Assembly (NCBI RefSeq): GCF_009834535.1 | Contig: NC_045707.1 | Location: 61,196,001 to 61,260,000 of the forward strand | Origin: Camelus ferus | Taxonomy: Eukaryota | DNA: 64,000 bases | Reading direction: 5' to 3' | Shown: positions 13,045 to 24,635 of the stretch, piece after piece | Position numbering within the stretch: position 1 is the first letter of the stretch | Layout: each line of letters starts with the position of its first letter | Position numbers and translations under genes: made by a program | The notes under the pieces: generated by a model | What the model was told of the DNA's origin: nothing | Seen by the model: only the letters and a program-made list of their open reading frames with translations | Database searches by the model: none

Positions 13045-13597
13045 TGGTGGAGTGTGCTTTACATGCTAGGCATGGAGTGTTTTAACACAGATCATCCCAT
13101 TTAATCTTTTTTTAAAACTTTTAAAAATTGAGATATAATTGACATATAATCTTGTATTTGATTTTAGGTGTATAGCATAATGATTTGGTATATGTGTACA
13201 TAGCAAAATGATTATCACGGTATGTTAACATCCATCACCACAAGTAGTGACAATTTTTTTTTTTCTTGTGATGAGAACTTCTAAGATCTATTCTCCTAGC
13301 AGTTTTCAAGTACACAATACCATAGTGTTAGCCATAGTCACCATGCTGTGTATTACAGCCCCAGGATTTATTTAACCTTACAACTGGAATTTTGTACCTT
13401 CTGACCACCTTCATCTCATTTAATTTTTATAAGCTTCAAGGTAGGTATCATTATTACCTGGATTTTTAGGAGACAAATGACATAAAGAAATAAGTAACTT
13501 GCTCAAGGTCACACAACAAGTAACTGGTAGGACTGGAATTCAAACTCCAGTCTCCTTGAGTCTAAGTCCTGTGCTTCTAGCCATTGCATCATATTGA
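13045..13597 (-). mobile_element. MIR interrupted by an L1 insertion
   Basis: The left part ends in catcccatttaatc. The right part continues aagtaacttgctcaaggtcacacaacaagtaactggtaggactggaattcaaactccag. Confidence 0.8.
13107..13410 (-). mobile_element. 5'-truncated L1 3'UTR (L1MA9-like) with ~15-bp TSD
   Basis: aagatctattctcctagcagttttcaagtacacaatac...atagtcaccatgctgtg. The TSD copies are tcatcccatttaatc (13092-13106) and tcatctcatttaatt (13411-13425). Confidence 0.85.
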
Positions 13598-14104
13598 ATC
13601 AGGTCTAGGTGTAGCTCTGTATAGCAATCCCTTTTAATGGAAACAAAGGATGCTATAATTTGTACCCATCATTAGAACTGAAACTTAGATAATCTTTGTA
13701 TTGCTAAGTCCCAGGAAGGTTGTGCAATGCACACTGGGTTCTCCGGGGTATACTTTAGGAGAACTGCTGCAGGGGCCACAACAGGGATGTCAGAAAATTG
13801 ATGGTCAACCCAGCTCAACCCCGAGTTAGGAAAGTGAAAGTGAACAGTGAGTCTGGGAAATAAAACTATGACTCAGAGGCTAGAATGCAGGTATAAATCA
13901 AGACAGCACTAATGCAAATAAAAAAAGACTGATTCAGACTGAATATTGCAGATTCAGAATTCTATTGCAAAGTCAGAATTCTAGCTAATGTATAGTTTAA
14001 TCTATTCCTGTTGGGACAGGATTAGTACCTTAAAGAATTTTGACTAAATGAAAGGAGAGAGAGAGAGACAGAGAGGAAAGAAGGAGGGAAGAAAGTTATA
14101 TATG

Positions 14105-15670
14105 ATGTATTCTCATTATAAAAAATTTAAAACATTAAGGGAATTTTTTTTTTAAAAAGAAAGAAAGAAAATGAAAATTTACCATAGCTCTCAGCTTCTC
14201 AAGAAAACCACAATTAACATTTTAGTACATTTCCTTCCAGTATTTTTCTCCCCTAGGTGTGCCAAAATATATATGATATAGTATATAGCTTATTTCTTTT
14301 AATATCACATAAGCATATTCTATCTTATTCCAATTCATTATAAACATTGTTTTATTGTCTGCCTGATGTTCTATCACTTGTGTACAGTTATTTACAATTT
14401 TTCCTTTTTATTAGATTTTAGAAGATTAGCATTTAAAAATTTTAGCTGTCATTCTCTGATGTTTATTGCTTTTTCCTCTCCAATTTAGGACTCTTTCCTC
14501 ATAGATACCCCAGAGGTGGAACTTGTGGGTTAAGGTTAAAGACCAGTTTTGACCCTTGACACATATTGCCAGATTGTTTTCACTTCCTCCAGCAGTGTTT
14601 CAAGCTACCCTTTTCACTACATTATCCTCAGCATTGAGTACTCTTATAAAAATAAAAATTAGGCAGAAAATGGCACTGTATGGTTTGAAAAATAGCATAC
14701 TTTGATTCCCAGTGAGCCAGATATTTTCCCGTAAGATGATTAGTCATTTGCATATCCTCTTCTTGTGGTTTTTCTGTGCACATCCTTTGTCCATTCATCT
14801 TTTGAAATCCTTTTCCCTTTCCTATTGTGAAATATATATTGTACATAGAAGAAGAGTGTATAAAACATATGAACAGTTTAAAGAATAATCATGCCGTGAA
14901 CTCCTCCTTGCAACCACAGCCCAAGTTAAAAGTAGCATGTAAAACATTGCCGCCAAGACCCACATGCCTCACCCTTAACCTTCACCTTCTTCTCCACTGT
15001 GTCTTATGCACCCCCATCCCTAGTAAACACGATCTCTGATTTTCGACTAGTCATTCCCTTGTTTTTCTTAATATTTTAATTGCCCATACAGACATTCATG
15101 AACAATTGACTTCAGGTGTGCCCGTTTTTGAACTTTACATAAAGGAAATTCTACTATTAACTCTTGTGATTGGCTTTTCTCACTCAGCATTTTGTAGGAT
15201 TCATTCACGGTTCTGTATGGAGCTGGAGTGCATCACAGTATTATTCCATTTCTATCGGTAATTTCAAATACAATGGAAAGGTTTTTTTCAATGACATTTG
15301 AGGAAACTGTGTTTTCCCAATTTTTAAAAATTCCTCGTAATTTTGGCTGTATTTCAATATCAGACAATTTAGGCAGGTTTAGACAGTAAAATCCCTGGAT
15401 CTTTTCCTTTATGATCACTTTCATTGCTTTGAAACTTAGAAGGTCCTTCCCCTCCATTGTACTGATAAATATTTCCTCCTATTTTAGCTCTTTTATGCTT
15501 TATTATTATTATTATTATTTTTTTTTTTTTGGAAAAAAAAGCAAACCTTTAATGCTTTAATCCACATGTGTTTATTTTGGTTTATGGTCTGATTTGACTT
15601 CTAGATTGATTTTTTCATCCAAAGAAGTAACTGCTTATTGAATAGTCCTTTCCCACGCCACTTGATCTGC
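14105..15670 (-). mobile_element. Cluster of ancient L1M (L1ME/L1MC-like) fragments
   Basis: ctcattataaaaaattt...accacaattaacattttagtacatttccttccag; gattagtcatttgcatatcctcttcttgtg; ggcttttctcactcagcattttgtaggattcattc. Confidence 0.7.
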
Positions 15671-15699
15671 TTTCTTTGTGTGGCAGGGATGAAACAGAG

Positions 15700-16430
15700 T
15701 TGGATTTATGGGTAAAAAAGCAAGTGTGTCCAGGAATAGTGTTGGTCAGAGGAGGAGTGATTCAGTGTCCAGGGGAGTTAAGGAGGTCTTCTTAGAGGAG
15801 GTGATAACTGGGGATTGTTTTATAGGACCAGTAAGATCCTATGAAAAGAATGGAGGAGGGGAAGAAGGGCAGGTGAACATTTCAGGCCGAAGAAACTGAC
15901 AAGTAGAGGAAACTGGCAAGGTTGTTTGTGTTTATAAGCTGAACAACTCTAGAATCAGACAAATCCAGCCCTTCAACTTACAAGCTCTATGATCTCCTGC
16001 AACTTACTTAGACTTTCTGTGCCTTAGTTTTTCATCTATCAAATGGGGATCAATAGATTCTATATAAGATTATTATAAGCAATTATAAGATATGTGTAAA
16101 ATACTTAGCATATCCAGAACACTCAATAAACATTATTTAAATATTAGACAGCATGCTATACCTCCTGCTTACTACTAGATTTGCAGACATGAGTCAGAAA
16201 ATCAATATGTATTTGCCGAGTGAATGAATGAAGAACAGAGACTTGAAACATCATAGTTTCTTTAGGAATATGCAAGTAGTTTGGTGTTGCTTGAATAAAA
16301 TTTGTTAGGAATTAAGTGGAGTGGGGACCACATCATATAGGGAGGGCCTAGAACACCATTCCAGGGGGCTTCCTCTTTATCTTATGGACAGTATTGAGAC
16401 ACTGGATGTTTTTACGCAGAAGTGTGATGG
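15700..16430 (-). mobile_element. L2 fragments with a nested plus-strand MIR (~15940-16120)
   Basis: The L2 antisense motif ttaaggaggtcttcttagaggaggtgata is present. The MIR core reads tctgtgccttagtttttcatctatcaaatggggat. Confidence 0.65.
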
Positions 16431-16666
16431 GGGCATAATCAAGAGAAAACAATGACCTTAGGGTCGTAGAGACTGGCTTGAGACCCTAAACTTACATCCT
16501 CTGCCTCCTACAAAACTCTAGGAAGAAGAAATTTTAATTTTATCTTTTCTTAGAAATATTCAAAGATGGAAGCACTGCATCTTTAAATAAAAGACTGTAG
16601 CTTTCAGTAGACCTCATCAGGTAAAGTCTTATGTAGGCTCTTCTTTATTTCTAGGGCAATTCCCTA

Positions 16667-17130
16667 TGTGTTTCTGGGGCAAAGTTTGCTCATTGCTCCA
16701 TAATATCTGTTTCTCCTCTTCTTTGATAATAGAACTCACAATTTTTAGCTGGACATTTGGCTGTCTGGAATTAGAATTACATTTCCCAGCTTCCCTTTTG
16801 GCCTGCTGTGACCATGTGACTGGAGAATGGAATGTTAGCAGAAGTGTTATGTGCAACTTCCAGGATCTATTCATAAAAGGAAGGGACATGCCTTCTTCTT
16901 TGCTCCATCCCTTTTTCTGCTGGGTAGAGTGTAGATGTGATGACTGGAGCTTAAGCAGCCGTATTGGACACTAAAGTGTAGGCCAGACATTATGAATGGT
17001 GAAACTGCTTGCTAGCCATGGCTTGTCTTCCTCGAGACTCTCTTGATGTGAGAAATATACTTCTGCTATTGTTATTTTGTCATTTCTGTCATTTGCAGCT
17101 GCACCTAATTTTAGCAAATACTGATTCACA
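16667..17130 (+). mobile_element. MaLR LTR (MLT1I/J-like)
   Basis: acatttcccagcttcccttttggcctgctgtgaccatgtgact...gcagaagtgttatgtgcaacttccagg...gatgtgatgactggagct, with TG...CA ends. Confidence 0.8.
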
Positions 17131-17763
17131 TCTATTTGCTCTGAATCATTGGATAAGAAATGCAGCATTTCCCTCTCTCTGTATATATTTTAAAAAAGCT
17201 TCTCAAATAGTAGGTAAGAATTAGTAAATTTCTCTCTACCTTTAGTGTTAAATTCTGCAAATCACTTTTTAAAGCCTTTTCATCTCAATCGCTTTTTTTT
17301 TTTTTTTTTCTGATTTGCTGTATTTTCTTTGGCTTCCTGAAATGTTTCAATGTTCCTCCCTTAGGTATTCCCCAGAATGGGATTTATTCTGTGGAAAATG
17401 GAGAATTGCTTGGTACTGCCCTCAATACAGATTTATTTTATTTCTTAGTTCTGGAATGGTGTTGGCCTCTTTCAGTTATTTCTCAAGTGAGCATTATAAT
17501 TGTTAAGAAAATAAGGTTATATTTTCCCATGACTAATTTGTTCATTTCTGACTTGTGTGCCTTCAAAGTCAGTAAATCATATCCTGGCCTGAAGAATCAC
17601 CCCAAACTGGTCTCTTGTGTACACAAGAAACAGAACATAATCATAATATTGTGGGGAGGGCCAGGGAGAAGACTGCAAAGGCTGGGCAGGAAACAGTGAT
17701 AGCTCTGATTATTAGCACTGGGTGTCTAACTCAATAAAGTGATTTTTTAAAATCATGTGTAGT

Positions 17764-17912
17764 GGGGAGTGTATAGCTCAGTGGTAGAGTGTGTGCACAA
17801 GGTCCTGGGTTCAATCCACAGGACCTGCATTAAAAAATAAATTAAAAAAAAAAAAACAACCTAATTACCTCCCCCCCATAAATTAAAAATAAATAAATAA
17901 AATAAAAATAAA
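17764..17912 (+). mobile_element. tRNA-derived camelid SINE (Vic-1-like)
   Basis: Pol III A box tagctcagtgg and B box ggttcaatcc, then an A-rich linker, aacctaattacctccccc and an A-rich tail. It is homologous to the copy at 54725. Confidence 0.85.
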
Positions 17913-18282
17913 CGTGTAAATCAATGTTGTATTGTTCTGAGCAAGAAAAATAATTATGTTTTCATTTCAGTAGGAATTGCAATGCAGAAATGGGTTTGGG
18001 AAACAAGTATCAAATGGCAAATGAAAAGTAGCTCAGAGAGGTAACCATTTGTTTCTTCTCAGGGAATGTGAGAGGAATCACAGGGTCTGTGGAAATGGAC
18101 TGTCTAGGTGAGTGAGCAGGAATGCTGTGCTTTGCTTGCTGATTTTCTTCTTTTGTGTGTGTGTGTGTTGACTGAGTTGTTTATTTGGTTTCTGTGCCCC
18201 CCGGACAGGATTATTTTTTAAGCCTTAGAGTAAATACTGATTCACATTAATAGATCAGTGAAAAGAGACTGAAAACTCAGAG

Positions 18283-18465
18283 TGGTGTGACAGTCAGAAC
18301 ATAGACTTTAGAATAAGAGGCTCCTGATCCACAGCCCACTCCTGCAACTTACAAGCCACTTGACCTCAAGCAATCTGTTTGATGTCTCTGAGCCTTAATT
18401 TCCTCATATATAAAATGGAAAAAATTATATCTTCTCCCCAGTGTTGTTCTCGATAATTCATCTTG
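18283..18465 (+). mobile_element. MIR SINE
   Basis: tgacctcaagcaatctgtttgatgtctctgagccttaatttcctcatatataaaatgg. Confidence 0.75.
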
Positions 18466-19397
18466 ACTTCAGGGTTACTAAAATTACTAATGAATATGAG
18501 TAACCCACAAAACAACTGGCCATATAGTACCCACTGATCATATGGTGCCTGGAGCCCAGTAAACACTCTCCAACTGTTAAATAAAGGAGTGGAAAATATG
18601 TGTACCTGTCTGTGTACATTCTATTTACTTTCCCGTAGGCTTTGGTTCCCATGAAACAGATGCAGTGGGCTGAATGGCAGTGTTGGAAAGGAAGAAGTCG
18701 GGGACAGACCAAGGGATTGGGCGTCAGGCAGGATGTTGTGTGTGTGTGTGTCTGTGTGTATGGAAAAATCCCAAGCTCATCAAAGACTTCTGGTTCGCTT
18801 TGGTATTTTACTTGCATAAGGAAATGTAAACAGAGGGCTCTGTTTGGGTTATGACTTTTAAAAGCTATCCGCCTATTTCAGGTATCAGGTTGTTTACAGT
18901 TTTGACATTGGCTTTCTCCCAGTGAGAGATAAACCCTTTCAGGTGCAACACTATAGTGTTTAGATTTTTACTCATGATTCTGAGCCACGACAAACAAACC
19001 AGGGGAATTAAATAGGGCCAACAGACTGGACATGAAAATGGCCTCCTTCATGGAAATAAAAAGCAGAGAGCTTCCTCTCTCCCAAATCCAGAGGCTGGTG
19101 TTCTCCCTATATTTCACTGTCACACGAGAATTTGTGTGAATTGCTTCAGAAGGTTATTGTACATAAACCCTGTGTTAAAGTGATTCCCTTGATCGCACAT
19201 CTGCTGAATTCAGTGTCTGCAAACCACAAGCTGCAGGTATTCAGGATGTTTAAAGCATACAGATTTCACTTAGGTACACATTGATTGGAATTCATGGCAT
19301 TGCTTTAGCTCCCTACCAACAAGTTTTATTAGGCAGCTTTGATTGTATGTGTAACCATTTTCCTCTCCTCTGTCTTCCATCCTGTGCTCCGCTTAAC

Positions 19398-19422
19398 AAG
19401 ATGAGATGAGATGAGATGAGAT
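19398..19422 (+). repeat. (GAGAT)n pentanucleotide microsatellite
   Basis: aagatgagatgagatgagatgagat. Confidence 0.85.
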
Positions 19423-20240
19423 TTATATAAGAAAGAGAATGTTATTTAAAGGCAAAGGGCTATGCACGTATCAGGATAATAGCATACTGACTTTCTTAGC
19501 TGCCTATATTCACCTACAACTTGATCACAAATGAAAAAGGCACTTGGCAAGAAGGTATTTAGAATCAAAACTTTTTCCCCCCTTTTTAAACTTTATCTTG
19601 ACAATCAAGCTAAGAGCACGTGGCTCATCGGTTTTGATACTTGGTTCCTTTGGGTTTTCACTGCACCAAATTGGACTATCTCACCTCTGATTTTATAGAA
19701 TTTCAATTTTCACTCCATCTGAAGCCTGGCTCAGAAGTCAAAGTTCTGAAGTGTGAGATTACCGTCTTATCTGAGCTGTGGGTTGTTGGCAATGTGTCTC
19801 AGAAGGGAAATAATACTTGCCCTATTTTCATGGCTTTCCATGAATCATTGGATACAGTTCATTTGTTGTTTTATTCACTGAAAAAAAAATTTAATAAATC
19901 TATGTACTCTACTGTGGGCTCTCATGCCTCAGGGAAAGGAGGTTATTTTCTTAATTTTAATTATTTCTCATAGTTGCAAAAATGTTGAAGATAAAACAGA
20001 TGAGATAGTAAAGTTTTAATGAATCTCTTGGAGCAGAGACCCTAGATATTTGCTTTAAACATTGATTGAATTATTGAATTATGATCCAATATCCATGAAT
20101 GATAGTCAATCATTCACTCAAAAGGATTGAATTATGACTCAATCACAAATGTCCTGCAGATTAGTCAGGACCCACCAGACACAGCTCGAGGTTGAGAAGC
20201 CTTCCGAGAATACTCATTGAGATTCAGAATTTGTGGTCCA

Positions 20241-20550
20241 TTTTTAAAAATTTTTATTGAAGTATAGTTGATTTACAATGTTGTGTTAATTTCTTGTGTA
20301 CAACATAGTGATTCAGTCATACATATATATTTAATTATATAATATATTATATATATATATATATGTATTCTTTTACATTATAGGTTATTACAAGATATTG
20401 ACTATAGCTCCCTGGGCTATACCATAGGACCTTGTTATTTATCTATTTTATACATAGTAGTTTGTACCTGCTAATCCCAAACTCCTAACTTGTCCCTCTT
20501 GTACTTCCCCTTTGGTAACCATAAGTTTGTTTTCTATGTATGTGAGTCAG
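20241..20550 (-). mobile_element. 5'-truncated artiodactyl-type L1 3'UTR with internal (TA)n
   Basis: ttttattgaagtatagttgatttacaatgttgtgttaat...ataggttattacaagatattg...cccctttggtaaccataagtttg; homologous to the copies at 50169 and 23722. Confidence 0.9.
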
Positions 20551-20849
20551 TCTCTGATATCATATATGCGTGAAATATTGAAAAATGAGACAAATGTGGT
20601 CCCTTCTTAATTGAGCCATGTGTGGATTCCATACAGGGGCTGTAATATAAACTGAATTAGCAGTTTCTCTAAAACACTGGGGCACAGGTAGCCCTCCTTT
20701 GGAGATCCTTTTGAATGGAATAATGCAAAGGGGAAAGATGGGTTCTTCCCACTTCTCTGGAGACCATGACTGTGGCACATGAGGGTGTCAGTGTGCTGGT
20801 GGCAATGCCAAAAGGTGACTGCAGGGCCTACAGAGCAGCAACCATGCCT

Positions 20850-20923
20850 GGTGGGGAAGAGGACTTGTGGAACATCATGGGGTAGGGGTGGAGAAGAGGA
20901 CTTGTGGACCACCATGGGGTGGG
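20850..20923 (+). repeat. 37-bp tandem duplication
   Basis: ggtggggaagaggacttgtggaacatcatggggtagg followed by ggtggagaagaggacttgtggaccaccatggggtggg. Confidence 0.85.
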
Positions 20924-21139
20924 TAGAGGTGGGGTCAGGGAGACTTTTTGGGGTCAGTATGTGGGCAAGAACCAGTGCAAGTTGTGTCATTATCATTAAT
21001 GTGACCATAGATTGGTAGAGTGCTGGGAAATTTAGGTTGTATATAAAACCAGAAATTAGAAGGGGAAGTAAAAAGAAAATAAATGATGGAAGAATAAAAA
21101 GACCTTTTTTTCTTGCTCCAGTCAACTGTTTTTAACTAC

Positions 21140-21870
21140 TTATGAACACAGCCATCTGGATATTCCATAGGCACCTACATTTACCACGTTACAAACCAAA
21201 TTCACTGTTTCTTCTCTTTCCCCCAAGACATCCCCAGGTTTTGTTCTTTTATTTCTGTAAATGGCATCTTTATCCTTCAAGACATCCAGGTTTGAAAACG
21301 AGTACATTCTGACTTTTTCTTTCATTCCAAACATCCAATCAGTTGATGAATCTTGTAGATATTACCTCTGAAATCTCATTTATGTGAATCTTTTCCACTC
21401 TATTACCATGGTGCTGCTTGAGATGAGCCTTCATTTTCACTTGCTTTCCCATTATAAATAGTTTCCTAATTTGTCTCTGCTGCCTTCTGTTGCTTGGCTC
21501 TTCTATCCACAATGTTTACCAATGTACACATCCCTTGTCATGTCACTCTCCAGCTTGTCAACCTTCAGAGAGGTCTCATTTCAATGGATTAAACACAGAC
21601 TCCTTACTCACATCCAAAGCCCATAAAAATAGGCTTCAGTCTGCCTTTCTGAGTGTATCTCCAGTCACTACTGCTGACAACCTCTGTTCCAGTCATACCT
21701 TGAATATACCCTACGCTCTTCTCTCTTAGAGTTACTTTTCATAATTATATTTATCCTTTTATGATCTACTTTCAATATCATTTCATTCATGAAATCTCTT
21801 CCAACCCATAACCCCAACCAGATATGAGCCTTCTGACTCCCTAGTATACTACTTTATCTTGATATTATAG
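21140..21870 (+). mobile_element. L2 LINE fragment
   Basis: atctggatattccataggcacct...acatccaatcagttgatgaatcttgtagatattacctc...aatagtttcctaatttgtctc. Confidence 0.8.
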
Positions 21871-21929
21871 AGTATGTTTCTCTACTAGTATCATTACTAT
21901 TTGTACACTTATCTTTGCTACCATGTTGT

Positions 21930-22100
21930 ACATCTGTGATATTCCTGGCATTATGCTACGTTTTTAATTTACATGATCTCATTTAAACGTTCAGACTTCA
22001 CATCAATCCTATAAACTGCATAGAACCTCCATTTTAGCATTAAGGAAACTGAGTTTGAATAACTTGCTCAAGGGCAAATGCTAGATTCAAATCCAGATTC
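21930..22100 (-). mobile_element. MIR SINE
   Basis: catgatctcatttaa...ctccattttagcattaaggaaactgag...aataacttgctcaagg. Confidence 0.7.
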
Positions 22101-22229
22101 AATTTCACACCAAAACACATGTTTTCTCTATTAGACTGTGCTGCCTTTTATGGTCAAGGGCTCTCTGGTACTTACATGTGTGCCTGCTGTAATTCCCAAA
22201 ACACCAGGAGTGACTTGTATGTGGTGGAC

Positions 22230-22460
22230 GTGGAAGAATGTGGGTTGGGAGACGCTGGCAGATACTTTGTACCATGTGAAGACTGAGATTAAAGCTGAGG
22301 ACGTCACTGAACCAAGAAATGGAGAGATCAAGTTTTGGTGACATTACTTGAGTATCTGCATCAACTCAGTTCTATCTTTTAAATGTTTAGGTTACGTGAG
22401 CTGGTACAGTTCAGGATGAGTTGGATTGTGTTTGGTAATTGAAAGTTACTAAAGTGACAG
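22230..22460 (+). mobile_element. Ancient ERVL/MaLR-type LTR fragment
   Basis: agaaatggagagatcaagttttggtgacattacttgag...ttacgtgagc...gagttggattg resembles LTR16/MLT1K-type 3' halves. Confidence 0.4.
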
Positions 22461-22834
22461 AGCAGGAGAATGTTGCGGGCCTTGGTTTCAGCAGAATATT
22501 TATTAAAATAGGCTCACGGACAAGAGGGTGATATATAGTACTCAAATTATCTTTATGAAGCATAGAAGACGGGGAAAAATTCTGTATTGGTATTTCATAA
22601 GTTTTATAGTTAGGAGAAAATATAAATGAGCAAATATGAACTCTGACAGATCTTCAAGATAACGCTTTTACACTGGATACCCGAATTCTAGCACTGCCTC
22701 CAGCACGATTGTGGATGATGCAAAGGGAAAACGTGGGAGCATCCAGGGCAATGTTGTAAATCAGCGAACAGGAGACAGCATCTATCTGACACCAGACAGG
22801 AAAGGGTAAGGGCAGGCAGCCGAGACCAATAAGT

Positions 22835-23060
22835 ACCCACAGGCAGCACTACATTATAACTGCTCAGATGTAGGTTCAAATCCTACCCTTGTCAAGAAGT
22901 AACTGTGTGACCTAAAAAAATTACTTTCACATCAGATCTTTTGTTTCTCTGCCACAAAAATGGAGATAATGATACCTACCAACTGGGTTGTTTCAAGGAA
23001 TAAGTGAGATAACCTCTGTGAAAGCATTAGGCACAGAGTGGATGTTCAATACATATGATT
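22835..23060 (+). mobile_element. MIR SINE
   Basis: aggttcaaatcctaccct...ctgtgtgacc...aaaatggagataatgatacctacc...gtgagataa. Confidence 0.8.
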
Positions 23061-23349
23061 TGTTTTAAAGTATACTGATTAGTAGGAATTGGGTAATAAT
23101 TTACTGGGAACAGGGAGGAAACACCAAGGACCAGCAAGACAGGGGAGTGGAAACAGTCATGAGGAGAAATAAGTGATTCTGGACAACTTGGTCTTTTTCA
23201 TCCAAGAATGATTTATCCCTAAAATATCTTAAATGCTCAGCTTCACACCTCACAAAAGGAAGAAACAAGGCTGATACAATCAAACGTACCAAAGATAAAT
23301 ATTAAGTTCCACATTAAAATTGTATCCAGGTAACTATAGGACATAGTGA

Positions 23350-23560
23350 ATATGATGGCTTAGTTCAATAGCATCTTGGTTACAGTCACAGAGTGATGCA
23401 GTGTCTAAAACCTTGGCATACCTAGGGTGCTTTAATAGAAATAGAAGGTGCATGGCACAGGCATGATAAAGTGGCATATGGTTTGACCAAGAGCAATTGG
23501 GCTGAAAGCGGTTTGATCCATGGCACCGTGTTTAACATAATGGTGTGGCTGAAATTGGTA
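23350..23560 (+). mobile_element. L3/CR1 fragment (continues at ~24485-24635)
   Basis: gagtgatgcagtgtctaaaacc...tagggtgctttaatagaaatag resembles the L3 RT 3' region. Confidence 0.5.
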
Positions 23561-23721
23561 TTTCCTAGTCATGGATTTTTGGAACATTAGTCATTTGGGC
23601 ACTTAATTTTCAGCCAATTAATCTTACTCTGACTTGATTTTTATAGTAAAAAGTTGGAACAATCTCAGTATTAGTATTTGAATTATTTATAGTTTTTAAG
23701 TACTTACTTTTTCTCGTTATA

Positions 23722-24290
23722 AAAAATGCAAACTCCCCCAATGTTCAAATCAGCACTATTTACAATAGCCAAGACATGGAAGTAACCTAAATGTCCACTG
23801 ACAAATGACTGGATAAAGAAAACACACACACACACACACACACGAATACTACTCAGCCATAAAAAAGAATGGAATAATGCCATTTGCAGCAACATGGGTG
23901 AACCTGCAGATTATCATACTAAGTGGAATAAGTCAGACAAAGAAAGAAATATTATATGATATCACTTATATGTGGAATCTAAAAAAATGACACAAATGAA
24001 CTTATTTACAAAACAGAAACAGACTCAAATAGAAAACAAACTTATGGTTACAAAGGTGAAAGGGGAAAAGAGTCGGGGAGGGATAAATTAGAAGTCTGGC
24101 GTTAGTAGATACAAGCTACTGTATGCAAAATAAATAATAAGGTCTTACTGTATAGCACAGGGAACTATATTCAATAACTTGTAATGACCTACTATGAAAA
24201 AGAATATATGTATGTATAACTGAATCACTGTGCTGTACACCAGAACTAACATAACATTGTAAATCAACTATACATCAATTTAAAAAATTA
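23722..24290 (+). mobile_element. 5'-truncated artiodactyl-type L1 (ORF2 end plus 3'UTR) with (CA)n
   Basis: cagcactatttacaatagccaagacatggaag...gccatttgcagcaacatgg...gtatagcacagggaactatattcaa...cattgtaaatcaactatac. Confidence 0.92.
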
Positions 24291-24344
24291 TTTTGTGAAA
24301 AAGCTTTTTTAAAAAAAAAAGGAAATTGAGATTAAAGTAAAAAG

Positions 24345-24470
24345 ATTCTCATTATAGAAAATTTAGAAAATACAGAGGAGCAAAAGAACAACAAGCATCA
24401 TAATTTCACTATCCATAGGGAACCACTGATATTATCTTGGCTTAATAGCATTTCAGATTCTTTCCTCTGT
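24345..24470 (-). mobile_element. Ancient L1ME-like fragment
   Basis: ctcattatagaaaatttagaaaatacag...aaccactgatattatcttgg carries the same motif as the fragment at 14110. Confidence 0.5.
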
Positions 24471-24484
24471 ATTGAGTGTCTGAT

Positions 24485-24635
24485 TAAGGCAGGTGGCAAA
24501 CTCTCCACTACCAGAAGTTTTTAAGCAAAAGTATGAAAATCTGTCGGAGATAATTGTCATAGAAGGAGTTATTGTATGGGAGGAAGTTTGAATTTTATAA
24601 CGTCTAAATTTTTTTCTACTTTAGGATTCTAAGAA
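24485..24635 (+). mobile_element. L3/CR1 3' end
   Basis: ctctccactaccagaagtttttaagcaaaag...gggaggaagtttgaa...ctttaggattctaaga. Confidence 0.55.

Noticed and set aside
17764..17830. tRNA gene
   Set aside because: A and B boxes are present, but the body is degenerate and runs into a SINE-specific tail shared with the TSD-flanked copy at 54725, so it is a SINE.
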